NCBI GenBank assembly: GCA_052327205.1
Contig: CM126214.1
Coordinates: 54,002,001 to 54,066,000 of the forward strand
Direction: 5' to 3'
DNA: 64,000 nucleotides
Origin: Somniosus microcephalus
Taxonomy: Eukaryota
Both the position numbers and the translations under genes were made by a program. The notes beneath the pieces are model-generated. The model did not search any database and was not told the origin of the DNA. It worked only from the letters and a program-made list of their open reading frames with translations. This document shows, piece by piece, positions 59,401 to 64,000 of this stretch (positions within the stretch are counted from its first letter, which is position 1; each line of letters starts with the position of its first letter).

Positions 59401-59922
59401 GCCCGTGGGACCGGTGGGTGCCCGCTGCCCGTGGGACCGGTGGGTGCCCGCTGCCCGTGGGACCGGTGGGTGCCCGTGGTACCGGTGGCTGTCCGCTGAC
59501 CGGTGGGTGCCCGTGGGACCGGTGGGTGCCCGCTGCCCGTGGGACCGGTGGGTGCCCGTGGTACTGGTGGGTGCCTGCTGCCCATGGTACCGGTGGGTGC
59601 CTGCTGCCCGTGGGACCGGTGGGTGCCCATGGGACCGGTGGGTGCCCGCTGCCCGTGGGACCGGTGGCTGCCCGTGGGACCGGTGGGTGCCTGCTGCCCG
59701 TGGGACCAGTGGGTGCCCGTGGTACTGGTGGGTGCCTGCTGCCCATGGTACCGGTGGGTGCCCGCTGCCCGTGGGACCGGTGGCTGCCCGTGGGACCGGT
59801 GGGTGCCCGTGGTACTGGTGGGTGCCTGCTGCCCATGGTACCGGTGGGTGCCTGCTGCCCGTGGGACCGGTGGGTGCCCGTGGGACCGGTGGGTGCCTGC
59901 TGCCCGTGGGACCGGTGGGTGC
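59401..59922. repeat. GC-rich minisatellite (19-bp core GCCCGTGGGACCGGTGGGT with optional 7-bp GCCYGCT)
   Basis: More than 20 tandem variant units; explains the repetitive ORFs in all frames. Confidence 0.95.
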
Positions 59923-61279
59923 TCACAGCATCACATCCCAGCAAGGAATCAATGCCTTTAGAAGAGAAGGAGATAGGAAAAGAGATAAACGGAGAGAAAG
60001 AAGTGTTTGGGGGGGGGGGGGAGGGGTCGGGGGGATGCTCACACTTTGCTGCTTTCTAACTACTCTTTGTGAAAACGACAGTGATTATCGATGTTCCCTT
60101 GGATGAGTGTCACAAGCGCACTGTGGCGTATGTGTAATTCTCCTGGGGATGGTGGGGAGTGTGGGGGGGTGGTTCCCGTCACTCATGTAGTGTGCGAGTG
60201 GCACAGCAGGATACAGAGAGCTGGGCTGATTTGCCGTCAGCCACAAGGCACGGGGTTTGTATGGTAGGTTCACAGGACACGAAGGGCCGTTGGTTAAGTG
60301 TGCCTCTCAGCCTTAATCTGCAGCCAGCTGCTGGTGATTCTGCAGAGCGGCCCATTGACTGTCACTTGATTTTATTCTGTTGCGCCGGTGAATTGAGAAT
60401 GGGTCGAGGCAGTGGGCAGGAATTCGCTGGGCAGAGAATGAAAGTAAGCCTTTCAGATAAACTATGTTGTCCCAGGGCTTATTTAATTCGTACCAATCAG
60501 CTAAAGCAAAAACGGCAATGAAGCCAATGCTCTTCAAATGTGCCGATGCACTCCTTGCTTCACATTGCTAGCACAGCGAGTGACAGACCTGGAACTCTGC
60601 CGCACTTCATCCCAGGGCTGTACCAGCCCCAGCATCCTCTCGTCAGACACAAAGCCAGCTTTGAGAGGACAGAATCCCAGAGCCACACTGCTCGCTGTTT
60701 CTTTTCCACTGTTCCCTAGTTTTTCCCTTCCAATACTCTTTGCTGCTCTCATCAAAGCCATCCAACCCCGTGTCTTTAACCTGCTGTCACATCGCGAGGT
60801 GCTTGACAGAGTGGCCTGTAAGGTGGAAGAATTAGAAGGGAGCCAGGGCGGGGCGGTGGGGATGGAGCTGGTCTCTTAAAGCCAGAGAGCAATGTATCAA
60901 GGCAGAGAGGTTCAATCGGGGAGTTCCAGAGTGGTGCCGAGGAGCGATGATAAACTCGATGACAGAGCAGCCAGGGGCAATGGACACACAGGAGACCAGA
61001 ATTGGAACACAGAAAGGCGCAGGCTGGGAGGGATGGTTGGAGAATGTTGCCTCACTATTCCTTACTTGCTGAGTCAATGTGGGATCTTGCTGATCATAAA
61101 TTGTAAGTTCAACGTGCTGAATTTTTTTTAAATGGTGCAGTACCATTAACTGCCACCGGGTGTCTCTAGCAGCCTATGAAAGTGTTGGAGGGTACATTGT
61201 ATCGAGTGTGCAATGTAGTGCCACCTCGTGGCAAAGAGGTTATGAACTTTTCCTGTCTTTTTGCTCATATGTGTCTGCT

Positions 61280-61832
61280 TGGCTCATTTGTAGCACCCCC
61301 TGCTCCTGAGTCAGAAAGTTGTGGGTTCAAGCCCCATTCCAGGACTTGAGCACATAATCTGGCCTGATTTCAGCGCAGTAATCTGGCCTGATTTCAGCGC
61401 AGTAATCTGGCCTGATTTTTCAGCGCAGTAATCTGGCCTGATTTCAGCGCAGTAATCTGGCCTGATTTTTCAGCGCAGTAATCTGGCCTGATTTCAGCGC
61501 AGTAATGTGGCCTGATTTCAGCGCAGTAATGAAGAGAGTTGCATTGTCGGAGAGACATTAAACCAAGGCTCTGTATTCCTGTTGAGATGGATGTTAAAGA
61601 TCACGGGGCATTATTTGAAGAAGAGCAGGGAGTGTCTTAGCCAACGTTCCTCCCACAACCAACACCGCCATAAAGCAATTATTTGGTCACTGGTTGATTT
61701 GCTGTCGGTGGGATCTTGCTGTGCACAAACTGGCTGCCATGTTTGACCATGTAACAACTGTGACTGTATTTCAAAACGAATCCATTGGCTGTGCAGCCTT
61801 CTGCGATATCCTGAGAACAGGAAAGGTGCTTT
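61280..61832 (+). mobile_element. DeuSINE containing an internal tandem amplification
   Basis: Head ggctcatttgtagcac..gggttcaagcc; body resumes after 61530. Confidence 0.8.
61355..61530. repeat. Tandem repeat, 7 x 24/26 bp (TAATCTGGCCTGATTT(TT)CAGCGCAG)
   Basis: Unit lengths 24,24,26,24,26,24,24. Confidence 0.95.
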
Positions 61833-61899
61833 AGTACAAACCTAGAGGCGGCCTGTTAGGGTTTCCCACAGCTGGAGTGTGAAACATTTGATGTAAAAA

Positions 61900-62362
61900 A
61901 AAAGACTTGCATTTCTATAGTGCCTTTCACGACCACCAGACGTCTCAAAGCGCTTTACAGCCAATGAAGTACTTCTGAAGTGTAGTCACTGTTATAATGT
62001 AGGAAACGAGGGAACCAATTTACGCACAGCAAGCTCCCACAAACAGCAATGTGATAATGACCAGATAATCTGTTTTAGTGATGTTGGTTGAGGGATAAAT
62101 ATTGGCCAGGACACCGGGGATAGCTCCCCTGCTCTTCTTCGAAATAGTGCCATGGGATCTTTTACATCCACCCGAGAGAGCAGACGGGGCCTCGGTTTAA
62201 CGCCTCATCCGAAAGACGGCACCCCTGACAGTGCAGCGCTTCCTCAGCATTGCACTGGAGTGTCAACCTAGATTTTTGTGATCAAGCCCCTGGAGTGGGA
62301 CTTGAACCCACAACCTTCTGACTCCAAGGCGAGAGTGCTACCCACTGAACCACAGCTGACAC
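61900..62362 (-). mobile_element. DeuSINE, full length
   Basis: Best-preserved copy in the window; tRNA-like head at the right end. Confidence 0.93.
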
Positions 62363-62769
62363 TGTGTACACTTGTTTGTAAAATTGCTTTCCCCCCCCCC
62401 CCCAATATCTCCTGAAGACACTGACTCGCGCTAGGTTATGGCTCCACAGGAATCAACTTGTGCGAGTCTAGTTTGAGTATTAGTGAGCTATTTGACCGTG
62501 GAAGTCATCACAACCTAGTCTGGCCTTATCCCCACTCAACAAGGGCACTTTCCGGGGACGGGGGTGGGGGGGTGGGGGGGTAGGTTTGTTTCCTCCTATT
62601 CCCTAGCTCGGATGCTGAGGCCAACTGAAGGAATGTTACTGCTGCTACACGCTGCTCATTGTCCAGTTAGATGATGGTGCTGACTCTTCACAAGGTGCCT
62701 TTGTGGTGTCCTTTAAGAAGATTTTGATTGGTGTTTGTCCATTCATTTGTGCTCTGTGAGACCCGCAGC

Positions 62770-63165
62770 TTGTTAATACTCCGGGACAGCAAGGCTTGAT
62801 TCCATAAACTACACGTTTGAGTTCTCTGTGTTGAATTAGCCAATCCCTGAGCCAGGTAGACAGTAGGGGGGGGGGGGGCGCTACAGTTTGCCTCAGTACT
62901 CCTTTCCTGGGGGGGGGGGGGGCAGCGGAAGCGGGCAGTATTCTCGCTCCTGATTACAATCCACTAATTGCAGCTGGAACTGGCAAATGTGTGGTTGTCC
63001 AGAAAGGGCAGGATTAGTGCGATGCCCTGCGTGGTCGAATAGTCAGTTGGCACTCAATGTGTAGGCTCACAACTGAAAGAATGGCCATTTGGGCCAGGTG
63101 ATCGGGAGCCAGCGGCTAGCGCCAGTGCAACTGTACCCTGGCATTAGTCGACATCTTCAGGTTGT
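62770..63165 (+). mobile_element. Old SINE-like dispersed repeat of another family (related decayed copies near 7720-7930, 24640-24920, 29870-30040, 33380-33640 and, on the - strand, 63740-63990)
   Basis: Shared words: gctacaattggcctcag, gtcgaatagcc, aggctcaca..gaatggcca.ttgg. Confidence 0.55.
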
Positions 63166-64000
63166 GAGGGGGTGAGGACAGGTGGGCTTCCTTTTGAATA
63201 TTTACGTGGGGGATTATAATGTGGCTCCCTACCTTTAAGAAGGCTTGCAGTTTTTCTCTCATTGGTTTAAAAGCTAATTTTGTAATCCTATCATTTTGAA
63301 TCTTTCAATAGCATTAGAGTGGGATCTATGGCAGTGGTAATGCAAGGTGTCTGGCCCGGTGGATGCTGTGCGGCTGCTGAGCCAGACAGTGATCTAACTG
63401 AATGGTATGGAGCGAATGCTGTACAGTGATGCTCACTAGTGACGGGCATCGATCATCGACTCAGTTACAGGGTGGCAGCACAGGCCCAATCACTAACAAA
63501 GAGCCCTCCTGTTCTGTCGTTCATACTCTCCACAGATCTTCAGCAGAGTGATCCGGTTCTCAATTCCCATCCTTTAATTTAACCCTCCAAAAGGGGGAGG
63601 GGGGCCTGCTGAATTCAGCTAAATACTCCTTTCCCCCCCCGCCAAACGCGATCATGATTTACACCTAGATTGGATTCCACGGGAATAAAACAGCAGATTA
63701 ATGCTCATTTTGTTGACTGATAGCCCATGGTGCCAATCGCCCTTTGCTACTTCACCCGAGGGACCCGCTGTTAATGAGTGAGCCTAGACAGCGTATCGGC
63801 TGGCTATTCCACCGTGGAGGACCTTTGCAGCCGAGCCCAATCCTGATCTCATCCACTCTCCAACAGATCAAGAGCAGGAACTCTGTTTAATGCTTCTCCC
63901 CTCTTATCCATCCCCCACCCAAATTAGGCATTGAAGCTGGTTGTCGCCCCCCTGCAACTGCCTCGGCTAACGTCCGCTAACTCAACAACCCTCCATCACC

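Noticed and set aside
59234-60106. Collagen-like or Cys/Gly-rich ORFs in several frames
   Set aside because: Translations of the GC-rich minisatellite; unit lengths of 19 and 26 are not multiples of 3.
61355-61530. CRISPR-like array
   Set aside because: Head-to-tail repeats without unique spacers, derived from a SINE, in vertebrate DNA.
62290-62362. tRNA gene
   Set aside because: tRNA-derived SINE head with A/B box-like motifs continuing into the SINE body; no full cloverleaf seen.

Overview
Eukaryotic, repeat-dense vertebrate DNA, most likely from a cartilaginous fish (inferred from the DeuSINE/SacSINE1-type SINEs, CR1 LINEs with an esterase ORF1 and Penelope pLTRs). No complete host gene is visible. 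About two thirds of the window is nested mobile elements: several CR1 LINEs (one with an intact 969-aa ORF2), an L2 fragment, three Ty3/Gypsy LTR retrotransposons, a large (probably nested) solo-LTR insertion, Harbinger-derived DNA elements, Penelope-derived hammerhead-bearing repeats including a near-perfect 454-bp-arm palindrome, many SINEs and two minisatellites. A CpG-rich, CRE-rich putative promoter with first exon(s) of an unidentified + strand gene lies at about 55.5-58.2 kb. The standout is a young LTR element at 38477-42116 (- strand; LTRs differ at 1 of 257 bp). It has lost RT, RNase H and integrase. In their place, in frame after Gag-protease, it carries three consecutive intron-less segments resembling host genes STK10, OPTN (optineurin) and DNAJC21. 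A second young Gypsy element (13468-17820) has no tRNA primer site and instead has a 13-nt self-complementary PBS. All protein and family assignments come from motif recognition and memory, not database searches.
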